Source: Thermoplasmata archaeon
Lineage (GTDB): Archaea; Thermoplasmatota; E2; JACPAO01; JAHFTW01
Direction of reading: 5' to 3'
Assembly: GCA_034667725.1 (NCBI GenBank)
Contig: JAXDQS010000001.1
Coordinates: 224,001-288,000, forward strand
Length of the DNA: 64,000 nucleotides
Below, one piece after another: positions 9,531-18,636 of this stretch; the stretch's first letter is position 1; every line of letters begins with the position of its first letter. A program made the position numbers and the translations under genes. The notes under the pieces were generated by a model. The model saw only the letters and a list, made by a program, of their open reading frames with translations, had not been told where the DNA came from and did no database searches.

Positions 9531-10175
9531 ATGCCCAAGAAAGCCATCATCCTCACCGCAGACCAGTTCGAGGACCTCGAGGTCCTGGTGCCGAAGAACC
9601 GCCTGGAGGAGGCTGGCTGGACCGTGGACGTGGCGGCGCCCAGGCGGGGCCGGGTCGAAGGCGAGCACGGCTACGAGGTCGAGGCCCGCTGGGACCTCGA
9701 CGAGGTCGAGCCCGACGACTACGACCTGCTGCTAATCCCCGGCGGCCCGCCGGAAGGCGGCGCCGGCACGGTGCGCAGCTACCGCAGCGCCCGCCGCGTC
9801 GTGCAGGCGTTCATGGAGGCCGACAAGCCGGTGGCGGCCATCTGCCACGGGCCGTGGGTGCTCGTGTCCGCCGACGTGGTGGAAGGCCGCCGCCTCACCT
9901 CCGTCAAGAAGGACGGCGTCCCCGACGAGATCGAGGACGAGGGCGGCAAGTGGGTGGACGAGGAGGTCGTCGTGGACGGCAACCTCGTCACCTCCCGCAC
10001 GCCGCGCGACCTGCCCGCCTTCCTGCGCGAGGTCATGCGCCTGGTCGAGAAGGGCGGCAGCCGCGCCCGCCGCGCCCCCAAGAAGGCCGCCCGCAAGCGC
10101 TCCGACCGGGCGTCCAACGGGGTCGCCCGCGGCGACGGCTCGCGGGTCGTCGAAGTCTCCCCCGGCATGACCTGA
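9531..10175 (+). CDS. pfpI: PfpI/DJ-1 family protease/deglycase
   Basis: FEDLEV, LLIPGG, AAICHGPW, VVVDGNLVTSR. Confidence 0.9.
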   Translation: MPKKAIILTADQFEDLEVLVPKNRLEEAGWTVDVAAPRRGRVEGEHGYEVEARWDLDEVEPDDYDLLLIPGGPPEGGAGTVRSYRSARRVVQAFMEADKPVAAICHGPWVLVSADVVEGRRLTSVKKDGVPDEIEDEGGKWVDEEVVVDGNLVTSRTPRDLPAFLREVMRLVEKGGSRARRAPKKAARKRSDRASNGVARGDGSRVVEVSPGMT

Positions 10176-10215
10176 CTGGGCTAGGCTCATTTGCCAGGAC
10201 CGGGTCGCCGCCCTC

Positions 10216-11151
10216 GTGCGGTTCGCGCCCTGGATCCTGGTCGCCCTGCTCGCCGGCTGCACGGCCCCCGCCGCGGACGACGCCACCCTCACGCCCCCGC
10301 TGGCCCCGGACGCCGGCGCGGGCCTCCAGGTGCCTGCCTGGGCGCTGCGCGACTGGTGGTCCTACCGCGTCGGCGACGAGGTCGCGACCTACGTCGTCAC
10401 CCAAGACCTCGGCGCAGCGTGGCAGATGGACACCGACTCCCAGGCGCGCGCCTTCCAGGACGCCCGCGACGACGTGAGCCGCCTCGGGCCGCAGCGCAAG
10501 GCCGACCTCGCCGGCTCGCAAGGCGACGACGCCGTGCAGTTCTTCCGGTGGCCCCTTGCCGCCGGCGACAACTGGACGACGCCCTGGGACGGCGTCGAGA
10601 TGGGCATCACGGTGCTGGCCGTCGACGGCCCGCTGGCCCGCCTGGAGGCCCGCAACGCCACCGGCGGCCTCGTCTACACCTACACCTACGACGCCGGCGC
10701 GCGCTGGTTCCGCGACCTGCGCCGCCTCGCCGCCGACGGCACCGAGCTGGTCCGCCTCGAGCTGTCCGCCTCCGGCCGCAACTGGACCGGCACCGCGGTG
10801 CGCTGGGACCTCGCCTCCCTCGCGGCAGGCGCCGGGGCGGCCAGCACTGCCGTCCCGTTCAACGTCCCAGAAGGAGTGACCGACCTGTGGCTGGCCTACA
10901 CGGCCCAATGCAGCGGCGGCCAAGGCGGCTACGCCATCGCGGTCAAGCCCGCCGACCCCGCCGCCGTCACCGCCACCGAAGGCTACGCCAACCAAGGCCC
11001 CTGCGGTGACGTCGCGTTCGCGGAGGTCATCCAGGAGGCGCCGCGCCCCGGCCAATGGGCGTTCGCCGTGAGCATGGGCGGCAACCCGGCCGACGCCGCG
11101 TTCAGCTACGAGGTGCTCCAGCGCACCCTCCGCTTCGTCCCGGTCGGCTGA
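10216..11151 (+). CDS. Lipoprotein of unknown function, paralog of 8503-9465
   Basis: LLAGC lipobox; RDWW and SRLGPQRKADLAGSQG. Confidence 0.8.
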   Translation: MRFAPWILVALLAGCTAPAADDATLTPPLAPDAGAGLQVPAWALRDWWSYRVGDEVATYVVTQDLGAAWQMDTDSQARAFQDARDDVSRLGPQRKADLAGSQGDDAVQFFRWPLAAGDNWTTPWDGVEMGITVLAVDGPLARLEARNATGGLVYTYTYDAGARWFRDLRRLAADGTELVRLELSASGRNWTGTAVRWDLASLAAGAGAASTAVPFNVPEGVTDLWLAYTAQCSGGQGGYAIAVKPADPAAVTATEGYANQGPCGDVAFAEVIQEAPRPGQWAFAVSMGGNPADAAFSYEVLQRTLRFVPVG

Positions 11152-11188
11152 CGCCAAGCTTTTCGGGGGCGGCCCCGATGGGCCCGCC

Positions 11189-11476
11189 ATGCGCCCCGCC
11201 CTCGCGCTCCTGGCCATCGTCCTCGCCCTGCCCACCGCCACCGCCATGGCCGTCCCGCTGCCCGTCGTCGTCCACCTCGACGCCGACCCCGACTGCACGG
11301 ACTGCATCGGCGTCGAAGCCGGCGTCGGCGCCTTCATCCCCGGCTGCCTCGACTGCCCCGCCGTGGGCGCCTCCGCCGCCGCCGAGACCGACGGCACCAC
11401 CACGACCGCCACCGTCCGCGTCTGCTACGCCAGCTTCTACGTCCTCTGCCTCGTGGACGAGACGGTCACGGTCTAG
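11189..11476 (+). CDS. Small secreted Cys-rich protein
   Basis: Signal peptide; six Cys including two CxxC. Confidence 0.65.
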   Translation: MRPALALLAIVLALPTATAMAVPLPVVVHLDADPDCTDCIGVEAGVGAFIPGCLDCPAVGASAAAETDGTTTTATVRVCYASFYVLCLVDETVTV

Positions 11477-11817
11477 GACGTCCGGCTCTCCACCACGACC
11501 ACCTCGGGCCACCCCTGCATCGGGTAGGACTCCGCCCAGGCGTCCACGTCGAACGAGACCGTCTGCCCGACGCCCACGCTTTCGAGGGTGGTGGGCGGGC
11601 AGGAGCCGTCGTGCTCCCGTCGCAGCAGCCTGGCGCCCGAGAGATGCAGCACCGCCGGCTCGCCGCCGTCCAACTGGACGCGCAGCGACGACTCGCCCAC
11701 CTCGGTGACGGTGGCGCGCTGGCCAGGGCGGACGCAGGCCTCGCCGGGCAGGGGCTGGTCGGCGAGGCAGCCGGCCATCAGGACCGCGACGGCCAGCAAA
11801 CCCAGGAGGCCACGCAT
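11473..11817 (-). CDS. Small lipoprotein, possibly OB-fold-like
   Basis: MRGLLGLLAVAVLMAGC lipobox; C-terminal AESYPMQG. Confidence 0.65.
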   Translation of the reverse strand: MRGLLGLLAVAVLMAGCLADQPLPGEACVRPGQRATVTEVGESSLRVQLDGGEPAVLHLSGARLLRREHDGSCPPTTLESVGVGQTVSFDVDAWAESYPMQGWPEVVVVESRTS

Positions 11818-11828
11818 GGAGGCCGCCG

Positions 11829-12068
11829 TCAGAGGAGCTCGCGGCAGCCGCGGCCGGCCTCGCAGCGGGTCACGGTGACCCCGTCGCCATCCGCGCAGGC
11901 GATGGTCGCCGTGCCACGGCCCTGGCCATGGTAGACGCAGACGGACTCCTCGCCCGCGTCGATGCCGGTGCAGGCGTCCTGGGCGACGCAGTGGCCGACC
12001 CACTCCCCGGACGCGGGGACGGCGAAGGCGGTCAAGGCGAGCAAGGCGATGGCAGCAAGGACGCGCAT
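11829..12068 (-). CDS. Small secreted Cys-rich protein (79 aa), in frame with tfb read-through
   Basis: [21 protein letters not shown] signal peptide; six Cys. Confidence 0.6.
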   Translation of the reverse strand: MRVLAAIALLALTAFAVPASGEWVGHCVAQDACTGIDAGEESVCVYHGQGRGTATIACADGDGVTVTRCEAGRGCRELL

Positions 12069-12094
12069 CGGGGTGGCATGGCGGGCGCCGCGCT

Positions 12095-12378
12095 TAGGGG
12101 TTTGCCAGCCTTTCGGCCAGCCCCCTGAGCCTCGCTGATGCTCGCTCAGGGTCCGGCGTCGCCTTCGGCGTGCCTGCTCGCAGAGCGCGGCCTGTCGGAC
12201 CTCGCCTCCTCGCTGCGGCTCAGAGGACGATGTCGATGTCCAAGCGCTCTGCCCCTTCCTGCCTTCGCTTCTCTCTGGCTGGAAGGTCCGCTCGCCTTCG
12301 CTGCGCTCGGCTCGCATCCACCTTCGGCTGAGGCCTTCGGCCTTCAGCACGATGTCGATGTCCAGCCTTTCGGCCAGC
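12095..12378. repeat. Palindromic (REP-like) composite element with duplicated tfb 3' ends
   Basis: acgatgtcgatgtcca at 12227 and 12349; ccagcctttcggccagc at 12105 and 12362; hairpins aggccttcggcct and cgccttcggcg. Confidence 0.75.
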
Positions 12379-13295
12379 TCCTTGTACCGGTTGCGGATCG
12401 TGACCTCGGTCACGCCCGCGACCTCGGCGACCTCGCGCTGGGTGCGGCGCTCGCCCGACAGGATGCTCGCGATGTAGATGGCGGCCGCGGCGACACCGGT
12501 CGGCCCCCTTCCACTCGTCAGTTCCCGGTCGGCGGCCTGCTTCAGGATGTCCACCGTCTTGGCCTGGACGTCGCCCGACAGCTTCAGCTCGGAGCAGAAG
12601 CGGGGGATGTAGTCCTGGGGCGCGGTCGGCATCAGCTTGAGCTTGAGCTCGCGGGCGATGAAGCGGTAGGTGCGGCCGATCTCCTTGCGGGAGACGCGGG
12701 ACGCGTCGGCGATCTCGTCCAAGGTGCGCGGCACGTCGCACTGGCGGCAGGCGGCGTAGAGCGCGGCGGCGGCGACACCTTCGATGGAGCGGCCGCGGAT
12801 GAGGTTCTTCGTGACGGCGCGCCGGTAGACCATGGCCGCCGTCTCGCGGACGTTGCGGGGCAGGCCCATGCCGGAGGCCATGCGGTCCAGCTCGGAGAGG
12901 GCGAAGGCGAGGTTGCGCTCGGTCGCGTTCGAGACGCGGATGCGGCGCTGCCACTTGCGCAGGCGGTAGAGCTGGGCGCGGTTGCGGGTCGGGATCGACT
13001 TGCCGTAGGAGTCCTTGTTCTTCCAGCCGATCATGGTGGAGAGACCCTTGTCGTGGATGGTGTAGGTCATGGGCGCGCCGACGCGGGCGCGCTTCTCGCG
13101 CTGCTCGGAGTCGAACGCGCGCCACTCGGGGCCTTGGTCGATGAACGCGTCGTCCAGCACCAGGCCGCAGGTCTCGCACACCATCTCGCCGCGCTCGTAG
13201 TCGGACTGGATGTGGTCCGACCCGCACTCCGGGCAAGTGGTGATCTCCTCGATCTTCTGCTGCTCCTTCTTCTTCGGCTTCGCGATCTCGACCAT
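12345..13295 (-). CDS. tfb: Transcription initiation factor IIB; canonical end at 12345 has no stop codon and the frame runs on to 11829
   Basis: Zn ribbon CPECG..CETCG, GPEWRAF, HDKGLST, two cyclin repeats, [12 protein letters not shown]. Confidence 0.97.
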
Positions 13296-13349
13296 GGAAA
13301 ACCGGGGTCCCGGGCGGCTGCGGGGGGCGCCGCCCTGTCTGGGTTTGCT

Positions 13350-13425
13350 GTGATAGCAATAAACAGTTAAGCCTTTCCCAGTTTTTCCATGGCGCTTCAT
13401 ATACTTGGACCAAGTTTTGACTTGA
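13350..13425 (-). promoter_or_regulatory. Probable tfb promoter (BRE/TATA-like)
   Basis: AT-rich patch; minus strand GAAAGGCTTAAC and CAAGTATATGAAG upstream of the ATG. Confidence 0.45.
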
Positions 13426-13511
13426 AGCTGTCGTCCGGCACTGCCCCCGGGCCCCGCGCGGTTCCATAAAAAGAGAACCTTCATGGAAGGCAGCCCCCTC
13501 GGCCGCGCGCC

Positions 13512-14639
13512 GTGGACCTGTCGCGCCTGCCCGAGCCCACGTCGCAGATCGCGCAGGAGCGGGTCGCGCCAGGCCTCCCGTCCCGCAACTTCCTGGTCGC
13601 CGTCGCCGTGCTGGCGACCCTGTTCCTGGTGGTCGCGCTCTGGCTGTCGCGCTTCCCCGCCAACCACGTCCTGCCGGCGGAAAGCGGCGCGGCCCCGCTG
13701 CCGGGCTCGTTCACCTACCCGATCGGGCTGCACCCCGCCCGCATCGTGAGCGCGGTCTTCGGCGCCGCCGCGGTGGCCGCCACCTGCCTGGTCGCGCGCC
13801 GCCTGCTGCACAACGACACCGCCGCCCTGCTCGCCGGCGGCCTGGTCGCGCTCGACCCTGCCCTCCTGGCCGTGTCCCGGCTGGCCCTCCCCGACACCCT
13901 CGCCCTCGCCTCCCTCCTGGCCGCCCTCGCCTGCTTCCTGGCCATCCCGGTCTCGATCCATTGGCTGGGCGCCGGCCTCCTTGCGTTCGCCGCCCTCGCC
14001 GAACCGCGCACCCTGCTCTGGAGCCTGCCGCTGCTGTGGATGGTGCTGATGCGCGGCCACATCTACGCCGCCCCGCGCCACCTCACCCTCGCCGCCCTTC
14101 AGACCGTGGCCGCCCCGCTCTTGGGCGTCCTGCTGCACCTGCTGACCAACGGCGGCATCGTCGGCCTCCCGTGCCGGGTCCCCATCCAGTCCAGCCTGGC
14201 GCTCACCTCCAGCATCGGCTACGGCGGCGTCGTCGCCATCCACAACCCCATCACCTGGTTCGGCGGCCTCGGCGCCATCCTCCTGCTGGGCGGCACCGCG
14301 CTTGCCATCGTCGCCCGCCAGTTCCGCATCGCCCGCCTCCCCGGCCGCGTCCAGATGCGCCTCGCCGACCCCCTCCCCGGCACCCACGCCCGCATCCTGT
14401 GGCTGCTGCTGCTCGCGGTCCTCGCCCCCTTCCCCATGGTGTGGCTGCCGCTGTTCGCCATCGCCCTGGCCTCCGGCATCAGCCTGCTCGCGGAGGACGC
14501 GCCCGGCTTCGGCGCCGTGGTCGCGCTCGTGACCCTGCTGTTCGGCGTGCTCGGCCTGCTGCGCGTCTGGGGCCTGGTCTCCGGCACCGGCGGCCAAGTC
14601 ACCAGCCTTGTCCCCTGGAGCCACGTCATCGGCTGCTAG
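13512..14639 (+). CDS. Multi-pass membrane glycosyltransferase-like protein (PMT/ArnT, GT-C fold)
   Basis: About 10 TM helices; [13 protein letters not shown]...SRLALPD and HNPITW resemble the GT39 family. Confidence 0.6.
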   Translation: MDLSRLPEPTSQIAQERVAPGLPSRNFLVAVAVLATLFLVVALWLSRFPANHVLPAESGAAPLPGSFTYPIGLHPARIVSAVFGAAAVAATCLVARRLLHNDTAALLAGGLVALDPALLAVSRLALPDTLALASLLAALACFLAIPVSIHWLGAGLLAFAALAEPRTLLWSLPLLWMVLMRGHIYAAPRHLTLAALQTVAAPLLGVLLHLLTNGGIVGLPCRVPIQSSLALTSSIGYGGVVAIHNPITWFGGLGAILLLGGTALAIVARQFRIARLPGRVQMRLADPLPGTHARILWLLLLAVLAPFPMVWLPLFAIALASGISLLAEDAPGFGAVVALVTLLFGVLGLLRVWGLVSGTGGQVTSLVPWSHVIGC

Positions 14640-14684
14640 CGTTGACCCGCAAGCGTGATGCCCCTGCCTGGGAGAGAAGCCATC

Positions 14685-16394
14685 ATGCCTACGGCCCCTC
14701 GCCTGCCGCTCCTTGCCGTCGCCCTCCTGCTTGCCGCGCCCCTGGCCGCCATGGCCGTCCAGGCCAACCACCTCCAGACCGCCGCCTCCGGCCGCCAAGT
14801 GGCCTTCGACCACCGCACCGGCAACGAGTGGTGGGTCGAGGTCGTCCTGAGCGGCCCCGACGCCAACTCCGTCAGCAAGGTGGAGGCCATGGACACCGGC
14901 GGCGCCTGGGTGCCGCTGTCGCTCAAGAGCTGGGGCGCCTGGGCCGCCTCGTTCCACATCGAGCCCGGCCACCAGGTCCGCTTCCGCGCCACCTGGACCA
15001 CCACCGTCATCGAGAGCTGCTGGTTCACCCACCCGGCCGGCGTCGAGCAATGCTCCACCACGCCGCCTCCGCCGCCCCCGCCGACCGGCTTCGACGCCAC
15101 CTTCAGCGGCGTCAAGGGCAACGAATGGTGGGTCCAGGCCAACGTGGCCGGCAACCAGCCCATCGCCAAGGTGGACGCCCGCGTCAACTGCGGCGCCACC
15201 TGGCGCCCCCTCACGCTCCAAAGCTGGGGCGGCTGGGCCGCAAGCTTCCAAATCCCCTCCGGCAGCAAGATCGACTTCCGCGCCACCTCCAGCACCGGCG
15301 CCACCGACCTCTCCGGCGGCTACACTTGGCCCAGCGCCACGCCCACCACCGGCTGCGGCGGCACCACGCCCCCTCCCGGCTTCGGCGCCACCTTCACCAA
15401 CGCCCGCGGCAACCAATACTGGACCGAGGTCGACGTGTCGGCCAACCAGCCCATCGCCGGCGTCGAGATGCGCGTCGAGCACCAGGACTGGATCCCCATG
15501 GGCAAGACCTCCTGGGGCTCCTGGGCCGTAAACGGAGGCGGCGGCATCGGCGGCATGATCGAGTTCCGCGCCCGCGCCACCGACGGCCAACACGACACCT
15601 CCTACCTTGCCTACCTCTGGTGGCCCGACGGCCCCGACCCCTACCCCGGCCCCGCCGAGGGGGTCCAGGCGCTGTGGGACTACGCCGCCGGCGACCACAC
15701 CACCCTCCGCATCGACACCCACACCACGGCCCGCCTCTCCGCCCATCACTACAGCGTCGACGGCGGCGCCTGGCAACCCATGACGAAGCTCCCCGACGGC
15801 GACTGGAGCGCCACCGGCGCCGCCATCCCGTCGCACGCCACCGTCCGCTTCCGCGCCACCTTCGAAGGCACCGGCGCCACCCACACCAGCGCACCGTTCG
15901 CCTGGCCGCCGTGGCCCCAGCCCGGCGCCTGGGCCGAATACGAAGGCGTCAGCATCGGCCAACCCAACGACGCGCCGCCCTGGAACATCCCCACCCACGG
16001 CCGCATGGTCCTCCAAGACGACTGGACCTGGGAGATCACCTGCGGCGACGCCACCGAGCCCGACCCCCAGATGGCGTGGCACGTCACCGTCGCCCCCATG
16101 GTCGCAGAACCCCCCGTCGACAGCCTCGGCGACATCACCATGTTCATGTCGAGCACCTGCGGCGGCATGGCCGCCAACGGCGCCGCCAACGCCCGCGCCT
16201 CCTACACCAGCTCCGTCGGCCCCGTCGACGCCTGGCACCTCCGCTACGACAACGGCGCCAGCTTCCACGACGCCTGGATCGACACCACCTACGGCATCAG
16301 CCTCGACTGGCACCTCCACGACGTCCACGGCGGCGGCACCTTCGACAACCGCGGCTGGCTCGTCGACACGTCGGCGGAGATCCAGGACGTCTAG
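14685..16394 (+). CDS. Secreted protein with four Trp-rich repeats resembling expansin D2/CBM63
   Basis: Signal peptide; repeats of GNEWW.......I.KV.....G.W.P....SWG.W......V.FRAT; Pro/Thr linkers. Confidence 0.75.
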   Translation: MPTAPRLPLLAVALLLAAPLAAMAVQANHLQTAASGRQVAFDHRTGNEWWVEVVLSGPDANSVSKVEAMDTGGAWVPLSLKSWGAWAASFHIEPGHQVRFRATWTTTVIESCWFTHPAGVEQCSTTPPPPPPPTGFDATFSGVKGNEWWVQANVAGNQPIAKVDARVNCGATWRPLTLQSWGGWAASFQIPSGSKIDFRATSSTGATDLSGGYTWPSATPTTGCGGTTPPPGFGATFTNARGNQYWTEVDVSANQPIAGVEMRVEHQDWIPMGKTSWGSWAVNGGGGIGGMIEFRARATDGQHDTSYLAYLWWPDGPDPYPGPAEGVQALWDYAAGDHTTLRIDTHTTARLSAHHYSVDGGAWQPMTKLPDGDWSATGAAIPSHATVRFRATFEGTGATHTSAPFAWPPWPQPGAWAEYEGVSIGQPNDAPPWNIPTHGRMVLQDDWTWEITCGDATEPDPQMAWHVTVAPMVAEPPVDSLGDITMFMSSTCGGMAANGAANARASYTSSVGPVDAWHLRYDNGASFHDAWIDTTYGISLDWHLHDVHGGGTFDNRGWLVDTSAEIQDV

Positions 16395-16397
16395 CCG

Positions 16398-16576
16398 CGC
16401 CGACTTCGCTGCGGCGAAGCCGGCGTCCCCTGCGGCCGTCCTGACGGCCGGCCGCAGGGTCCGCATCGCTTGCCCGGCGCTTGCGCGCGGGCCCGCTCGC
16501 TACGCGGCTTCGATCCCGCACACCTGCCTCATGCGCTCGGCCTGCGGCGCGCTCCGCGCGGCCGCTCGCCGGCGTC
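16398..16576. repeat. Palindromic element containing an inverted degenerate copy of the tRNA-Gly 3' end
   Basis: Inverted repeats 16398-16425 and 16428-16459; 16500-16531 matches the reverse complement of 16579-16611. Confidence 0.7.
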
Positions 16577-16582
16577 AGTGAG

Positions 16583-16653
16583 TGCGGGTAGCGGGAATCG
16601 AACCCGCGTAGGCAGCTTGGGAAGCTGCAGTCATACCATTAGACCATACCCGC
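16583..16653 (-). tRNA. tRNA-Gly (CCC)
   Basis: GCGGGTA/TACCCGC acceptor stem, GCAGC-TTCCCAA-GCTGC anticodon arm, GGTTCGATTCC T arm; CCA not encoded. Confidence 0.96.
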
Positions 16654-17061
16654 GTGGGAGAGGCGCTCCTGGATGGCGGCGGCCGCGTTGGCCAGCTCCT
16701 CGGCGTCCTGGGAAGCGGCCTCGAACGCCTGCTGGATGGCGGCGACGCGCTCCTGCAAGGCGCGGGCGACGTCGGCCGGCGGCGCCTCGGTGGAGTAGCC
16801 GGCGCCGATCGGCAGCAGCACGGGGGCGGCGCCATCGACCTGGGCGCGCACGTGGACGCCCGCGCCCAGGGGCACGAGGGCCTCCTGGGGGCCGCCGGCC
16901 TGGGCGAGCGCCTCGACGGCCGCGGCCGCCTGCTGGGTCTCGAGCATCTGCTGCTCGATGGCGGCCATGCGGCGGTCCATGCGCTGGAGCTCGCGCTGCA
17001 CGACCTCGAACTGCGCCATCAGCTGCTCCGGGCGCTCGCTGGCCTCGGGGGCGTCCGCCAT
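16639..17061 (-). CDS. pfdA: Prefoldin subunit alpha
   Basis: Coiled coil-beta hairpins-coiled coil; LVPLGAG and LPIGAGYS; conserved position after L18a. Confidence 0.9.
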   Translation of the reverse strand: MADAPEASERPEQLMAQFEVVQRELQRMDRRMAAIEQQMLETQQAAAAVEALAQAGGPQEALVPLGAGVHVRAQVDGAAPVLLPIGAGYSTEAPPADVARALQERVAAIQQAFEAASQDAEELANAAAAIQERLSHAGMV

Positions 17062-17065
17062 CGGC

Positions 17066-17299
17066 TTACTTGCCCTTGAGCTCGACGCGCGCGGTCGCGT
17101 CCGTGACGTCCTCGGCCTTGATGGCCTTGGCCGACGCGATGCTAATCTGGCGGCGCTCGACGCCGTGGCGGCTGCCGAGGGTGGCCAGCACGCGCTCGCG
17201 GGCGGCGGCCTCGTCCTTCGCGACGACCTGCAGGATGAAGTGCTGGCGGACGCGGCCCATCTGGAATTCGCCTTCGACTTGGTACGGCTTGTTGCTCAT
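17066..17299 (-). CDS. rpl18a: 50S ribosomal protein L18Ae (LX)
   Basis: YQVEGEF...LGSRHGVERRQISI; operon context. Confidence 0.92.
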   Translation of the reverse strand: MSNKPYQVEGEFQMGRVRQHFILQVVAKDEAAARERVLATLGSRHGVERRQISIASAKAIKAEDVTDATARVELKGK

Positions 17300-17310
17300 G
17301 GTGATGACCT

Positions 17311-17979
17311 CTACTCTAGGAATCCGAGGGCCTCGTCGATGCGCCCCAGCTCGATGCCGGTGGTGCGCGAGCCGCAGGCGGCGCCGTTCTGGTTGGCGGC
17401 GATGCCTGCGCCCACGAGGCCGTGCCCGTGGTTGACCGTCCCGATACGGACGGGGGCATTGAGGGTTTTCTTCAGGAGGGCCAGCTCGCCCTCGGTGGCC
17501 AGCGGGTGGCACAGCACGCCGCGGTTGGTGGCGACCCCGGCGGAGCCGACGGTGGGCAGGCCGGCGACCGACCCCTTCTCGACGGGGACGCCGAGCGCCT
17601 TCTCGACGGCGCGGACGGCCTTGGCGGACAGGTCCGGGTGGACGTAGGCGCCGTGGTCGTTGCACAGGATGTTGTTGCCGGCGGCGTTGAGCTTCGCGTT
17701 CTCCAGCCGGACGGCGGCAAGGCCGGCGGCGCGGAACGGCTCCAGGTCGCGCTCGGAGGCGAAGTCCGCCACCACGACGCCGTTCTTGTTGGCGGCCACC
17801 AGGGAGCCGATCAGCTCGGAGCCGCCCACCATCAAGCGCACGGCGTCCAAGCCGAGGGCCTCCTGGAGGTCGCTGACGTTCTGGTCGGTCAGGCCGGGCG
17901 GCACGAACAGGTGCGTGCTGGTCGCACGGACGTACACCCCGACGTTCGGGTTGCCGAATGGGTCGAGGCGCTTGAACAA
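17311..17979 (-). CDS. eif6: Translation initiation factor 6
   Basis: GNPNVGVY, GNNILCNDHGA, VGSAGVATNRG, GTVNHG, TTGIEL. Confidence 0.95.
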   Translation of the reverse strand: MFKRLDPFGNPNVGVYVRATSTHLFVPPGLTDQNVSDLQEALGLDAVRLMVGGSELIGSLVAANKNGVVVADFASERDLEPFRAAGLAAVRLENAKLNAAGNNILCNDHGAYVHPDLSAKAVRAVEKALGVPVEKGSVAGLPTVGSAGVATNRGVLCHPLATEGELALLKKTLNAPVRIGTVNHGHGLVGAGIAANQNGAACGSRTTGIELGRIDEALGFLE

Positions 17980-18002
17980 GGTGCCCTCCGCGCGGCGCGG
18001 CC

Positions 18003-18626
18003 TTAGTCCTGCTTCTCGGCAGGCTTGTCGTCGCTGGGCTCGGCGCCCTTGCCCGAAAGCAGGGCCTTCGCGTCGGCGATGAGGCCGGCGAGCTTCTCCT
18101 CGGCGATGCCCGAGGCCTCGGCGGCCTCCTTGGCGTCCGCCGCGGCAAGCTCCTGCACGGTGTGGATCTCGGCCTTGTCAAGCTTCTCGGCCATCGCGGG
18201 CCCGATGCCCTTGACGTCGGTGACCGGCTTGTCGTCCGGGCCGTGGGTGTGGCCGTCCTCGCCCTCGTCGGCCTCGGGGGCCTTCAGGACGGGGCTCTCG
18301 GCGGCCTTCTCGCGGCGGGCCTGGATGGCCGTGCGCACGGAGCCCTCCTGGGCGGCCTCGGGGAGCGTGACCTCGACGACGCCGTCGCTGAAGCGGGTGG
18401 CGCGGACGCGGATGCGGCTCGGGATCATGAACTTGCCACGGGCCCACAGCGCCTGGTTGACCTCGTTGTCCAGCCAGATGTCGTCGGACTTCATGTGGCG
18501 GGACAGGAAGCGCTTGACGTCGCGCACGGCCAGGTCGGCGCGGCGCGAGCGGACGAGGTCCTTGGTCTTGCGGAGCGGGATGGTGTAGATGCGCTCGAGC
18601 TCGGAGGTGGTGGTCTTGTCTGCCAT
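18003..18626 (-). CDS. rpl31e: 50S ribosomal protein L31e with a C-terminal helix-hairpin-helix extension
   Basis: ERIYTIPLR, RHMK, VNQALWARG; then VKGIGPAMAEKL HhH motif. Confidence 0.92.
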   Translation of the reverse strand: MADKTTTSELERIYTIPLRKTKDLVRSRRADLAVRDVKRFLSRHMKSDDIWLDNEVNQALWARGKFMIPSRIRVRATRFSDGVVEVTLPEAAQEGSVRTAIQARREKAAESPVLKAPEADEGEDGHTHGPDDKPVTDVKGIGPAMAEKLDKAEIHTVQELAAADAKEAAEASGIAEEKLAGLIADAKALLSGKGAEPSDDKPAEKQD

Positions 18627-18636
18627 GGTCTGCACC

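Noticed and set aside
12253-12375. Bulge-helix-bulge mRNA intron in tfb
   Set aside because: The candidate junctions are purine-rich direct repeats that I could not pair into a BHB motif.
11829-16466. 1545-aa minus-strand ORF
   Set aside because: Antisense shadow of two plus-strand genes joined in frame to tfb; only the part from 13295 down is credible.
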